A stretch of DNA of 64,000 nt from the NCBI GenBank assembly GCA_965217865.1, contig CBDCJO010000002.1:4352001-4416000 (forward strand), written 5' to 3'. The position numbers were made by a program, and so were the translations under genes. The notes below the pieces were generated by a model. It saw only the letters and a program-made list of their open reading frames with translations. It was not told the origin of the DNA and ran no database searches. How positions within the stretch are numbered: the stretch's first letter is position 1; each line of letters begins with the position of its first letter. Shown piece after piece: positions 19,568 through 29,787 of this stretch. Source of the DNA: Candidatus Latescibacterota bacterium (GTDB lineage Bacteria; Latescibacterota; UBA2968; SICM01).

Positions 19568-22276
19568 ATGGAAAAAGGGGTTAGAAGGTTCTCCATGAAT
19601 TCAGGTCAGATCCAGATGGATAAAGTATTTCAACCGAAGGCGGTGGAATCCTGCTGGTACCGTTTCTGGGAAGAAGGGGGTTACTTCCGGGCGGACCCGA
19701 AGCCGAGGACTCCGAGATTCTGCATCACGATTCCCCCTCCGAATGTTACGGGGGAGCTCCATATGGGACACGCGCTCCAGCATACGATCCACGATGCGGT
19801 CACCCGGTGGAAGCGGATGCAGGGGATCGTGACCCTGTGTCTTCCCGGAACCGATCACGCGGGCATCGCGACGCAGATGAAGGTAGAGCAGCTCCTCTAT
19901 GCGGAGGATCGAAAGAATCGGTTCGACCTGGGTCGGGAGGAGATGTTAAAGCGGATCTGGGCGTGGCGGGAGAAGTATGGAAACCTGATACTGAGCCAGC
20001 TCCGCGCCCTGGGGTGCAGCTACGACTGGAGCCGGGAACGTTTTACCCTCGATGACCGTTATGTCCGCGGGGTGCTAGAGGCGTTCGTCCGGATGTACAA
20101 TAAAGGTTGGATCTATCGGGGGCGGAGGATGGTGAACTGGTGCCCCTCCTGTAAGACGGTGATCTCGGACCTGGAGGTTGAGGAAGAGACCATCCAAGGG
20201 CATCTCTGGCACATCCGCTACCCCGGCCTCGAGGGAGGGCCCGACGTTGTCGTGGCCACCACCCGGCCTGAGACGATGCTGGGAGATTCGGGCGTCGCGG
20301 TACATCCGACGGATGAGAGATGGATGGACGCCGTAGGAAAACAGGTGCAGCTGCCGTTGATAGAGCGCGCAATTCCGATCGTGGCCGACGAGTATGCAGA
20401 CCCTGAGATGGGGAGTGGAGCGGTCAAGGTGACCCCGGCACACGATCCGAACGACTATGCCGTGGGTGAGCGTCACGGACTTCCCGAAGTGCAGGTGATC
20501 GGCCTGGATGCCCGGATGACATCAGAGGCGGGTTCCTATGCGGGAATGGACCGATACGCCTGCCGGAAGGCGGTGTTGCAGGCCCTGGGAGAACAAAATC
20601 TTCTCGCGCAGGTTGAAGATTACGAACATATGCTTCCGAAACACGACAAATGCGGGAATGTGATCGAACCGCTGGCGCTTGAGCAGTGGTTTGTTCGAAT
20701 GGGTGACATGGCGAAGAATGCACTCCCTGTCCTGGAGCGGAATGAGGTGGCCTATGTTCCGGATCGATTTCGGGGGTATTCCATCGAATGGCTCCAGAAC
20801 ATTCGCGATTGGTGCATCTCCAGGCAAATCTGGTGGGGGCATCGGATCCCGGTCTGGACATGCAAGGGATGCGCCGAGGTCATCGTTGTGGTTGATCCCC
20901 CCAAGGATTGTCCGAAGTGTGGGTCGTCCGACTTGGAACAGGATCCCGATGTGCTCGACACATGGTTCTCTTCGGCCCTCTGGCCTTTCGCCACGCTCGG
21001 CTGGCCGGACAAGACCGAAGATCTGCGGTTATTTCATCCGACGGATCTTATGATCACGGGACGGGACATTCTGTATCTATGGGTCGCCCGAATGATCATG
21101 ACGGCCCTGGAGTTCAAAGACGAGGTCCCGTTCCGGAAGGTGCTTGTCCATCCGACAGTGCAGACCAAGGACGGCCGCCGAATGAGCAAGTCCCTTGGCA
21201 CCGGAGTCGACCCGATGGATCTGATCGAAAAATACGGAACAGATGCGACTCGATTCAGCCTCCTGCTTCAGTGCGGGAGCTCCCAGGACATCCGGTTCGA
21301 TGCGGATGTGGTCGATAACGTGGTCGGTGATTCTCCGGCGGCTGAATCCTGCCGAAATTTTTGCAACAAGATCTGGAACGCCACACGGTTCGTCCTGATG
21401 AACCTGGACGGAGCACCCGTGGCAAACGTTTCGAAGGATCTGACCCAGGTCGAGGACCGTTGGATATTGAGCCGGTATCACAGCACCATCCGGCGTGTGA
21501 CGGGGTCCTTGGGAAACTACCGGTTCGATGAGGTTGCTCACACCCTTTACGACTTCATCTGGAGCGAATGGTGCGATTGGTACCTGGAGATGGTCAAGGT
21601 GAGATTGAACGGCCCCGACGAAAAAACCAAGTCCGTAGCGCAGGCCGTTCTGGTCGAGGTGTTGGGGGGCACCCTGAGGATGCTTCATCCTATGATGCCT
21701 TTTATCACGGAGGAGCTCTGGCAGCAAATTCCGCACGAAGGGGAGGCTCTTATCGTGGCGCCGTGGCCGGAGACGGACGAATCCCGTTTCGATGAGACTG
21801 CGGAGCGGGAGGTGGATCTGATCCAGAGAATCGTGGGAACAGTGCGGAATATACGCGGGGGGTTTCGGGTGCCGCCCAGTCGGAAGGCCGATGTCCTGAT
21901 CAAGACGATGGAGAAAGAGGTTGAGGAAGTCGTTGAATCCAACAGGGAGATCATCACAGATCTTGCCCGGGCCGATAACCTGGAGGTGGGGCACGGCCAA
22001 GCCAAACCCCCATCTTCGGCAACAGGGGTCCTGAAGGAGGCCGAGATCTACGTCCCGCTGGAAGGGTTGATCGATCTTACCCTGGAACGGGCTCGGATCC
22101 AGAAGGAGATGGATCGGTTGACGGGGGTGATCTCGGGAATCGACCGGAAGCTCAACAACTCAGACTTCGTGTCGAAAGCTCCGGAGAAGGTGGTGGCCAA
22201 GGAGCGCCAGAAACGGGATGACTGCGACACAAGCCTGTCGCGTTTGAGAGAAAATCTGGAATCGATTAAGGGGTAG
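19568..22276 (+). CDS. valS: Valine--tRNA ligase
   Basis: PPPNVTGELHMGH, DWCISRQIWWGH, RMSKS and a C-terminal coiled coil. The start could be a few codons later. Confidence 0.98.
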   Translation: MEKGVRRFSMNSGQIQMDKVFQPKAVESCWYRFWEEGGYFRADPKPRTPRFCITIPPPNVTGELHMGHALQHTIHDAVTRWKRMQGIVTLCLPGTDHAGIATQMKVEQLLYAEDRKNRFDLGREEMLKRIWAWREKYGNLILSQLRALGCSYDWSRERFTLDDRYVRGVLEAFVRMYNKGWIYRGRRMVNWCPSCKTVISDLEVEEETIQGHLWHIRYPGLEGGPDVVVATTRPETMLGDSGVAVHPTDERWMDAVGKQVQLPLIERAIPIVADEYADPEMGSGAVKVTPAHDPNDYAVGERHGLPEVQVIGLDARMTSEAGSYAGMDRYACRKAVLQALGEQNLLAQVEDYEHMLPKHDKCGNVIEPLALEQWFVRMGDMAKNALPVLERNEVAYVPDRFRGYSIEWLQNIRDWCISRQIWWGHRIPVWTCKGCAEVIVVVDPPKDCPKCGSSDLEQDPDVLDTWFSSALWPFATLGWPDKTEDLRLFHPTDLMITGRDILYLWVARMIMTALEFKDEVPFRKVLVHPTVQTKDGRRMSKSLGTGVDPMDLIEKYGTDATRFSLLLQCGSSQDIRFDADVVDNVVGDSPAAESCRNFCNKIWNATRFVLMNLDGAPVANVSKDLTQVEDRWILSRYHSTIRRVTGSLGNYRFDEVAHTLYDFIWSEWCDWYLEMVKVRLNGPDEKTKSVAQAVLVEVLGGTLRMLHPMMPFITEELWQQIPHEGEALIVAPWPETDESRFDETAEREVDLIQRIVGTVRNIRGGFRVPPSRKADVLIKTMEKEVEEVVESNREIITDLARADNLEVGHGQAKPPSSATGVLKEAEIYVPLEGLIDLTLERARIQKEMDRLTGVISGIDRKLNNSDFVSKAPEKVVAKERQKRDDCDTSLSRLRENLESIKG

Positions 22277-22375
22277 GGAATCCGCCCCTCACCCGGCCAC
22301 ACAGGAATACAGGATATAGAATATTGAATACAGAATCCGGGTTTAAGCGGTTTGATTTTGATCTTCTCCTGTATT

Positions 22376-23794
22376 CTATCTTCTGCTTTTCGTGTAGAGA
22401 TCCGTCGCGATTCCCAGGAACACCTCCGCAGCCCCTCCTATGGTCTCCGATAGGGTGGGGTGCGCGTGGATGCTGAGCGCAAGGTCCTGAGCGACCGCGG
22501 CCATTTCCACCGCAACGACGCCTTCCGCGATCAGGTCACCCGCACCTGCCCCCACGATGCCCACCCCCAAGACCCGCTGGGTCTTGGGGTCGAAAATCAG
22601 TTTGGTCATCCCCTCGCCCCTTCCAAGGGTGGCGGCGCGGCCCGAAGCGGCCCACGGAAACCTGGCCGATTTGATCTCCCGTCCTTCCTGACGAGCCTGG
22701 GTCTCGGTCAGTCCGCACCAGGCCACTTCGGGATCGGTAAAAACCACGGCGGGTACGGCACGGCTGTCGAAGGCTGACGGTTCTCCGGCCAGGACCTCGG
22801 CGGCAACCTTCCCTTCGTGTGCCGCCTTGTGGGCGAGCATAGGCTCTCCGGCAACGTCTCCGATCGCCAATATGCGTTCGTCACGCGTCCGCTGTCGGGC
22901 GTCGACCATCACGAAACCCTTCCCATCCACCTCAACCTGCGTTCGATCCAACCCGATGCCGGCACTGTTCGGCCGGCGCCCGACGGATACGAGCACCTGG
23001 TCGAATGTTTTCTTCGTTGGTTTTCCGTACCCTTCCATTGTGACCGAGATCCCCGCATCATTTTCTTTCATCCCGACCACCTTCGTGTTGAGAAGGATAG
23101 ATTCAAGTACGGATTCCACTCTTGTATGCAACGGCTTCACCAGGTCCCGATCGGCGCCGGGGAGAAGACCATCGGTCAACTCCACGACGGTGACACGGCT
23201 TCCCAGTTCGGCATAGACGGTTCCCAGCTCCAATCCGATGTATCCGCCACCAACGATCAGAAGTGTCTTCGGGATTCTCTCCATGGCAAGGGCGGAGGTG
23301 GAATCCAGGAGCCTGGGGCTCTGGAAATCAAGGCCCGGCAGGGGAGCGGGGGAGGAGCCAACGGCCAGGATGGCGTGTCCAAATTCGATGCGCGGAACGT
23401 TTGAACCCTCAATTCTGACACTCCCCGAGTCTTCAAAGACAGCCCGACCCCGGATCAGGTCGACTTTCCTCCGGCGAGAGAGCTCGATCACTCCGTTGGC
23501 AAGTTTGTCTACGACGCCTTCTTTCCATTCGCGGAGGGATTGAAGGTTGATCTTAGGTTTCTGGAATGAGATGCCTAACGCTTTAGCCTCCCGGGACTCT
23601 GCCAGCAGCTTGGCCACGTGGAGTAAGGCTTTGGACGGAACACATCCTTTATGGAGGCATACCCCTCCGGGTTTTTCATCCGACTCCACGAGTGCGACCC
23701 GCATCCCCAGGTCGGCTGCCCTGAAGGCCGCAGTGTATCCCCCGGTGCCGCCGCCGATGACCAGGACATCGATTTTATGTGTTTCTTTTGCCAT
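22376..23794 (-). CDS. lpdA: Dihydrolipoyl dehydrogenase (E3)
   Basis: GGGTGGY, GGVCLHKGCVPSK, GGGYIGLE, HAHPTLSE. Confidence 0.97.
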   Translation of the reverse strand: MAKETHKIDVLVIGGGTGGYTAAFRAADLGMRVALVESDEKPGGVCLHKGCVPSKALLHVAKLLAESREAKALGISFQKPKINLQSLREWKEGVVDKLANGVIELSRRRKVDLIRGRAVFEDSGSVRIEGSNVPRIEFGHAILAVGSSPAPLPGLDFQSPRLLDSTSALAMERIPKTLLIVGGGYIGLELGTVYAELGSRVTVVELTDGLLPGADRDLVKPLHTRVESVLESILLNTKVVGMKENDAGISVTMEGYGKPTKKTFDQVLVSVGRRPNSAGIGLDRTQVEVDGKGFVMVDARQRTRDERILAIGDVAGEPMLAHKAAHEGKVAAEVLAGEPSAFDSRAVPAVVFTDPEVAWCGLTETQARQEGREIKSARFPWAASGRAATLGRGEGMTKLIFDPKTQRVLGVGIVGAGAGDLIAEGVVAVEMAAVAQDLALSIHAHPTLSETIGGAAEVFLGIATDLYTKSRR

Positions 23795-23938
23795 TCGATT
23801 CCTAAAGAGCAGAGACTGGGGAGTATGGGCATCGCGGGTCCGTAGTCGGTTAACCGATGTCGAAAATCCTTCCCCCTATATCAAGCTTGAACCTCCTCGA
23901 TCTGGAAGGGGCTATAATATTTGGAACGCCGTCGCGCT

Positions 23939-24107
23939 CCCTCACCCCGCCTCGCAAGCTCGGCACCCCTCTCCCGGGGGCCGGGAGAGGGGAAGATCAT
24001 TATTTTACGAAAAAATTTATGGTAGGAGCCGCCTTCTGGCGGCGAAAACCCATCCCCGTTCGCGAGCAGGATTCTTCGGCTTCGCTCAGGACAGGGCTGG
24101 ATCCTAC
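23939..24107. repeat. Cluster of palindromic/REP-like miniature elements
   Basis: Hairpin CCCCTCTCCCGG-ggg-CCGGGAGAGGGG (23966-23992). A GTAGGAGC...GGATCCTAC-bounded unit (24022-24107) contains CTTCGGCTTCGCTCAGGACAGG. Confidence 0.65.
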
Positions 24108-24207
24108 CCCACCCGGTTCGGGATTTTAGGAACTGAAGAGCGTGAAGCGGAGGAGCCGTATCAATAATCTTGGGCTCTTGCGAGATACGATTCACGAGAT
24201 ACGGCCT

Positions 24208-25458
24208 TTAGCCCGACATGGGGCTCCGGGGAGCGAGGTAACTCTCCATGATTTTTATGAAAGCATCGACATAATCTGTCCTCGCACATAAACCGGATTC
24301 AGCCTTTATGTCTTTTAAAAGCTTCGCTGCTTCGAGTTTTGAGGTTTCTTTCCTCTCGATATAGGTAACCTATCGCTCTGCGAGATAAAGAAATTCGTTT
24401 TCGCTTACCGGGCATTCCCTCACTTTAGGCTCTTTTGATTTTTCCGATCTCTTTTTCCAGCCGGCGGTTTTAATCAACAATTCCGGGGTATCGGTTTCAA
24501 ATCGGACATCTTTTCCGATATAAACAATTCCGCGTTTGTCCTTGGAGGGTTCCTTTGGCCCTGAGCCGTCTCTCCTGGTATGGTGGTGTTTCATTATATC
24601 GATCTGTTCTTGGTTTAATCCATCGATTGGGGTTTTCTCCTCACCTGTCGTCAAGACTTTTTCAACAAAATAGATCCCGTGAATGGCCATCAGTTCCGGA
24701 GATGTGATCTTTTTCCTCTGATTCTTGAAGGCTTCGAGCAGATAGACTCGCCCAATGTCGTGCATCATGGAGGAGACGGCCAGACTGGAAATGGTTTCGA
24801 TGGGTATTTCGACTTCGTAGGCAATTCTAACGGCGAGGGTGGTGACGTCCAAACTGTGTTCCATTTCGTCGGGAGCATAAGACAAAAAAGTCCCGATGAT
24901 CGGTCTCGAACTGATAGGATTAACGATTCCCTCTTCGATATTTTTACGGAAATCAGGTGACCTCAAAAGGTCTTCTAAGGCATGGTGATGCCGTGTCTTG
25001 GCCAGCACTGTGTCTTTGATGTTTAGCTCGGTGTTGATGATTTCCGCCAGGAGCTTTTTGACGCTCTTCGACAGGCTTGTTATCGCGAGGTTGCTTCCCT
25101 GGTCTCGGTACTGTTTTAATTCTTCGGTTGTCCTTTCTCTCACCAGGAGATCCTGCGCAAAAGACTCGATCCAATCTCTCTGTGTTCCACTGGTGATCCT
25201 GAAAATCTGTACGGGAGCCGTGTCGAGGCCGTCCTCCTTCTTCACATCCCTCTTTCTTCGGGTCTCAGGGTGGTCCTTGAGGTTGTTCAACAATTCCGTG
25301 CTTGCCGCATCAAGCGGGGCTCCAAATCGCAGGGAGAAAACATCTTTCCTTTGTTGAGCCGCGTACCCGTAGGTAAAACTTTCAGCCAGGATCATTCCTT
25401 CCCGGACCTGACCCTGGTTAACTTCTCTGATTTCGAGCTCATCGATGATGTTTGACAT
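24208..25458 (-). CDS. Divergent HD/HD-GYP-like protein interrupted by an in-frame TAG at 24370-24372
   Basis: EHSLDV..MHDIGR..HG..HHHTRRDGSGP. The frame stays open for 53 sense codons after the TAG, to TAA at 24208-24210. Confidence 0.7.
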
Positions 25459-25461
25459 GGT

Positions 25462-26769
25462 CTAACCGCCCATCAACAGCTTTTCCGGGCCTTCCAGAGA
25501 CTCTGCGATCTTTCGTGCGAAACGGGCCCCATCCGCCCCGTCGATTACCCGATGATCGTAAGACAGGCAGATCGGCATCATCAAACGAGGTTCCACACGT
25601 CCGTTCCTGACAACCGGCTCAAGCCTGCTGCGCGATAGTCCCAAGATGCCCACCTCGGGATGGTTCACGATCGGGGTGAAGGCCGTGCCCCCGATGCTTC
25701 CCAGGTTTGTGATGGTAAAGGTACCTCCTTTGAGTTCCTCCACGTCTACCTTCCCCTGCCTGGTGCGTTCGGACAGTTCGACCAGTTCGCGGGCAAGTTC
25801 AAATATTCCCTTCCGATCGACGTCCCGAATGACGGGAACGAGGAGTCCCCGGTCGGTGTCCACAGCGATTCCGATGTGATAGTAGTGCTTCACCACCAGT
25901 TCCTCGGTTGAGGTGTCGAGACTGGCGTTGAAACGGGGGAAGGCCTTGAGCGCAGTTACCGCCGCCTTGAGGACGAAAACCGTCGGGGTCAATTTTCCGC
26001 CGAGTGCGAGGGCTTCCTCGGCGTGGCGCTTTCGGAGGGCCTCCAATTCAGAGACGTCTGCCCGGTCGAACTGGGTCACGTGAGGGGCGAGCCGCCATGC
26101 GGTCCCAACGTGCTCGGCGGTCTTCCTGCGGACCCCACGAAACGGTTGTCTTTCCACCTCTCCCCATTTTTCGAAATCCACAGGTGGAGATTCTTCGCCC
26201 CCTGATGGGGTTGCCCTGCCCATCGTTCCCCCGGACATGGCCTTCTTGACATAGGCGTGCACATCTTCCGCAGTAACCCGTCCGCCAGACTCGCTACCGG
26301 TCACCTTGCCAAGGTCCACCCCCAGCTCTCTGGCCAGACGCCTTGTCGCCGGGCCGGCGGGTGCGACTTCACGAGGCTCCGGGACAGCGGATGGGGGAGA
26401 AGGCTTTTTATCATGGGCAACGGAAGGGGGGGTCTCAGATTGAGGTTCGGGAAAAGGTTCGGGTTCTGAAGGTACGGCCTCGGACGGCTTTTCGATCGGT
26501 TCTTCGGACTTTGGAGCCTCCGCTTCGGCAGTGGTCTCGTCCAGGGTGAGCAGGAGAGCGCCAACGGGGACACGATCACCCTCCTTCACGTGCACCTTCT
26601 CCACACGCCCGGGATAAGGGCAAGGCACTTCCAGCATCGCTTTATCGGTCTCCAGCTCCAAGATGGTCTGTTCAACCTCGATTTGATCGCCGTCGGAGAC
26701 AAGAACCCGCACGACATCTCCCGCATCGATTCCTTCCCCAAGGTCGGGGAGTTTATATTCCCTGCTCAC
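25462..26769 (-). CDS. aceF: Dihydrolipoamide acetyltransferase (E2), one lipoyl domain
   Basis: LETDKA lipoyl motif, E3-binding PATRRLARELGVDL, catalytic DHRVIDGA. GTG start after AAGGAGG. Confidence 0.95.
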   Translation of the reverse strand: MSREYKLPDLGEGIDAGDVVRVLVSDGDQIEVEQTILELETDKAMLEVPCPYPGRVEKVHVKEGDRVPVGALLLTLDETTAEAEAPKSEEPIEKPSEAVPSEPEPFPEPQSETPPSVAHDKKPSPPSAVPEPREVAPAGPATRRLARELGVDLGKVTGSESGGRVTAEDVHAYVKKAMSGGTMGRATPSGGEESPPVDFEKWGEVERQPFRGVRRKTAEHVGTAWRLAPHVTQFDRADVSELEALRKRHAEEALALGGKLTPTVFVLKAAVTALKAFPRFNASLDTSTEELVVKHYYHIGIAVDTDRGLLVPVIRDVDRKGIFELARELVELSERTRQGKVDVEELKGGTFTITNLGSIGGTAFTPIVNHPEVGILGLSRSRLEPVVRNGRVEPRLMMPICLSYDHRVIDGADGARFARKIAESLEGPEKLLMGG

Positions 26770-26783
26770 AGTCCCTCCTTCGC

Positions 26784-29489
26784 TCAAAGCTCCCGCTGGA
26801 TCATCGGTCCGGCCGCCACCGGATCGGGTTTCTCAGGATCGATTCCCAATATTTGGATAGCCTTTTCAACCTGATCGTTTCCGATGGCGCCTTCGGCCGA
26901 AAGGGCGTGGAGCGATGCCAGGGCAATAGATTCGGCGTCCACACCGAAGTGTCGGCGAAGTTCGCTGCGAGTTTCGCTTCGGCCGAACCCGTCGGTGCCG
27001 AGTGTGATCATTCTTCCTGGTACCCAGGGTGCGATCATATCAGGAAGGGATTTCATGTAGTCGGAGGTTGCCACCACGGGACCCTCGGCTTTCTCGAGCA
27101 GCTTTGTCACAAAGGGTTTTCTGGGACGGCTTTTCGGGTGGAGCATGTTCCACCTTTCCACGGCCATGGCTTCTCGCCGCAACTCCTTGTAGCTGGTGGC
27201 GCTCCAGACATCCGCTGAGACAGAGAACCGCTCTTCCAGGAGTTCTTGTGCCCGCAAGGCCTCCCGGAGAATGGTTCCGCTCCCGAACAGCTGAACGCGG
27301 GGCCATCCCTTCTTTCTCTTACCGATCTTGAACTTATAAAGTCCTTTCAGGATTCCATCCGCCACACCCGCAGGCATCGGAGGCATGGCATAGTTTTCGT
27401 TGCCCAGCGTGATGTAGTAGAAGATATCCTCCTGCTCACGGTACATACGCCGGACCCCGTCCTGAACGATCACGGCGATTTCGTAGGCAAAGGCTGGATC
27501 ATAGGCCACCAGGTTGGGGACGCAGCTGGCCAGGATGTGGCTGTGGCCGTCTTGATGCTGCAGGCCCTCTCCGTTGAGCGTGGTCCGGCCGGATGTGCCT
27601 CCAAGGAGGAATCCCCTGCAGCGCATGTCGGCGGCCGCCCAGATCAGGTCACCGATTCGCTGGAAACCGAACATGGAGTAGTAGATGAAAAAGGGAATGG
27701 TGTTCACACCGTGGGTCGCATACGCGGTTCCCGCGGCGATGAAGGAGGACATGGATCCCGCTTCGTTTATCCCCTCCTCTAATATCTGGCCGTCCTTGGC
27801 CTCCTTGTAGAAGAGGAGGGTATCCGCGTCCACGGGTTCGTAGAGCTGTCCCACGTGGGAATAAATCCCGCACTGCCTGAAGAGGGGATCCATCCCAAAC
27901 GTCCGCGCTTCATCCGGAATGATCGGGACAACGAGTTTGCCGATCTCCGGGTCGCGGAGGAGTTTGGCGAACAGACGGACAAAGGCCATGGTCGTAGAGA
28001 CTTCCCGGCCATCCGTCCCAAGTAAGAACTCTTCGAACGTCTTCAACCCGGGGCCCTTGATGGGCTCTGCGCTTCCGTCCCGGCTGGGCACAAACCCCCC
28101 GAGTTCCCGCCTCCTTTCCATCATGTACTTCATTTCCCGGCTGTCGTCGGGGGGGCGGTAGAACGGCGCTTCGGCCACGTCCTCGTCGGAGATGGGTATG
28201 CCGAACCGGGATCGGAACTCCCGCAGCTCTTCCTCGTTCAGCTCGTGCTGCTGATGGGTCACATTCCGGCCTTCGCCGGCCTCACCAAGTCCGTAACCCT
28301 TAATGGTCTTGGCTAGGATAACGGTGGGTGCCCCTTCGTGTTCCACTGCGGCCTTGAAGGCCGCATAGACCTTTTCCGGATCGTGGCCCCCACGGCGGAG
28401 TTTTCGGATCTGATCGTCGGACAGGTGCTCGACCGTCTTTAGGAGCTCGGGGTTTTTCCCGAAGAAGTCCTTACGGGTATAGGCGCCGGATTCGACGGTG
28501 TACTTCTGGTATTGACCGTCCACGACTTCACCCATCCGCTGGACCAGAACTCCGTCTTCGTCCTTTTCCAAAAGGGGATCCCAATCATCACCCCAGATGA
28601 CCTTGACCACGTTCCATCCAGCCCCACGAAAGGCGGCTTCCAGCTCCTGTATAATCTTCCCGTTCCCCCGCACGGGGCCGTCCAACCGCTGCAGGTTGCA
28701 GTTGATCACGAAGATCAGGTTATCCAGCCTTTCGCGGGACGCCAGAGTGATCGCTCCCAGGGACTCCGGCTCGTCCGACTCGCCGTCTCCCATGAAGACC
28801 CAGACGTGCGACCCGGAGGTGTCTTTGAGGCCCCGGTCTTCCAGGTAGCGGTTAAACCTTGCCTGGTAGATGCCCATGATGGGGGCCAGGCCCATCGAAA
28901 CCGTTGGAAACTCCCAGAAACCGGGCATCAACCAGGGATGAGGATAGGAAGAGAGACCGCCCGGGGAAGTCAGTTCCCGTCGGAAATTCTGGAGATGCTT
29001 AACATCCAAACGGCCCTCCAGAAAAGCCCGTGCGTAGATCCCCGGAGCAGCGTGCCCCTGGAAGTAGACCTGATCCCCTGAAAAGTCCTTTCCCTTTCCC
29101 CGAAAGAAATGGTTGAACCCCACTTCGTAGAGGTTGGCCGAGGAGCCATAAGTGGAGATATGGCCGTGGAGGCTCGGATCTTCACGATTCGCACGAACGA
29201 CCATGGCCATCGCGTTCCACCGGATAAAGCTCTTGATCCTCCGTTCGATCTCCCGGTCCCCGGGAAAGGGCGGCTGACGATCGACAGGGATGGTGTTGAT
29301 GTAGGGGGTATTGGCGTTGAAAGGGATCTCCACGCCCACTATCTGTGCACGCTCTTCCAGTTTGTCGAGGAGAAAGCGAACCCGATCGGGTCCCTGGTTT
29401 TTCAAGGCGTAGTCCAGTGATTCCAGCCACTCCCGGGTTTCGGCAGGATTATTATCTTGAGAGGGTGTTCCAAGGACCTTACTCGGCAT
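26784..29489 (-). CDS. aceE: Pyruvate dehydrogenase E1, homodimeric type
   Basis: 901 aa with YINTIP, SYPHP, TPP motif GDGESDE..NCN, GRTTLNGEGLQHQDG, LGTDGFGRS. Confidence 0.97.
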   Translation of the reverse strand: MPSKVLGTPSQDNNPAETREWLESLDYALKNQGPDRVRFLLDKLEERAQIVGVEIPFNANTPYINTIPVDRQPPFPGDREIERRIKSFIRWNAMAMVVRANREDPSLHGHISTYGSSANLYEVGFNHFFRGKGKDFSGDQVYFQGHAAPGIYARAFLEGRLDVKHLQNFRRELTSPGGLSSYPHPWLMPGFWEFPTVSMGLAPIMGIYQARFNRYLEDRGLKDTSGSHVWVFMGDGESDEPESLGAITLASRERLDNLIFVINCNLQRLDGPVRGNGKIIQELEAAFRGAGWNVVKVIWGDDWDPLLEKDEDGVLVQRMGEVVDGQYQKYTVESGAYTRKDFFGKNPELLKTVEHLSDDQIRKLRRGGHDPEKVYAAFKAAVEHEGAPTVILAKTIKGYGLGEAGEGRNVTHQQHELNEEELREFRSRFGIPISDEDVAEAPFYRPPDDSREMKYMMERRRELGGFVPSRDGSAEPIKGPGLKTFEEFLLGTDGREVSTTMAFVRLFAKLLRDPEIGKLVVPIIPDEARTFGMDPLFRQCGIYSHVGQLYEPVDADTLLFYKEAKDGQILEEGINEAGSMSSFIAAGTAYATHGVNTIPFFIYYSMFGFQRIGDLIWAAADMRCRGFLLGGTSGRTTLNGEGLQHQDGHSHILASCVPNLVAYDPAFAYEIAVIVQDGVRRMYREQEDIFYYITLGNENYAMPPMPAGVADGILKGLYKFKIGKRKKGWPRVQLFGSGTILREALRAQELLEERFSVSADVWSATSYKELRREAMAVERWNMLHPKSRPRKPFVTKLLEKAEGPVVATSDYMKSLPDMIAPWVPGRMITLGTDGFGRSETRSELRRHFGVDAESIALASLHALSAEGAIGNDQVEKAIQILGIDPEKPDPVAAGPMIQREL

Positions 29490-29595
29490 GGAATATATCC
29501 TTTTTCAAGGTTGAAACGTTTGAGCCGGCCAGGATACAGGGGCTCAGGATCCGTTCCCGATGGTCGTGGGACTTCTGTCTAATTTGCGACCCCCT

Positions 29596-29624
29596 AATTT
29601 ACCAGGAGGGGTAACAAATGTCAA
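29596..29624 (-). promoter_or_regulatory. Sigma70-type promoter for the PDH operon
   Basis: TTGACA-N17-TAAATT about 105 nt upstream of aceE. Confidence 0.6.
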
Positions 29625-29787
29625 ATGTGCACCCTTGGAAACAGGAGGAAATCGTTCGCCCAGGACCATCAAAAGGAAAGGGCCCCCAGAAAAAATCCTG
29701 GAAGCCCAAAGCTTATCAGATGGTTTAAAATGCACGCGGTGACACTTCTCGCGATTAGATCATACGGGGGTTCTCCTTCAGCAAGAC

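Noticed and set aside
19510-19600. T-box riboswitch upstream of valS
   Set aside because: The leader is too short and lacks the T-box AAxxxGGGTGGxACC motif and terminator.
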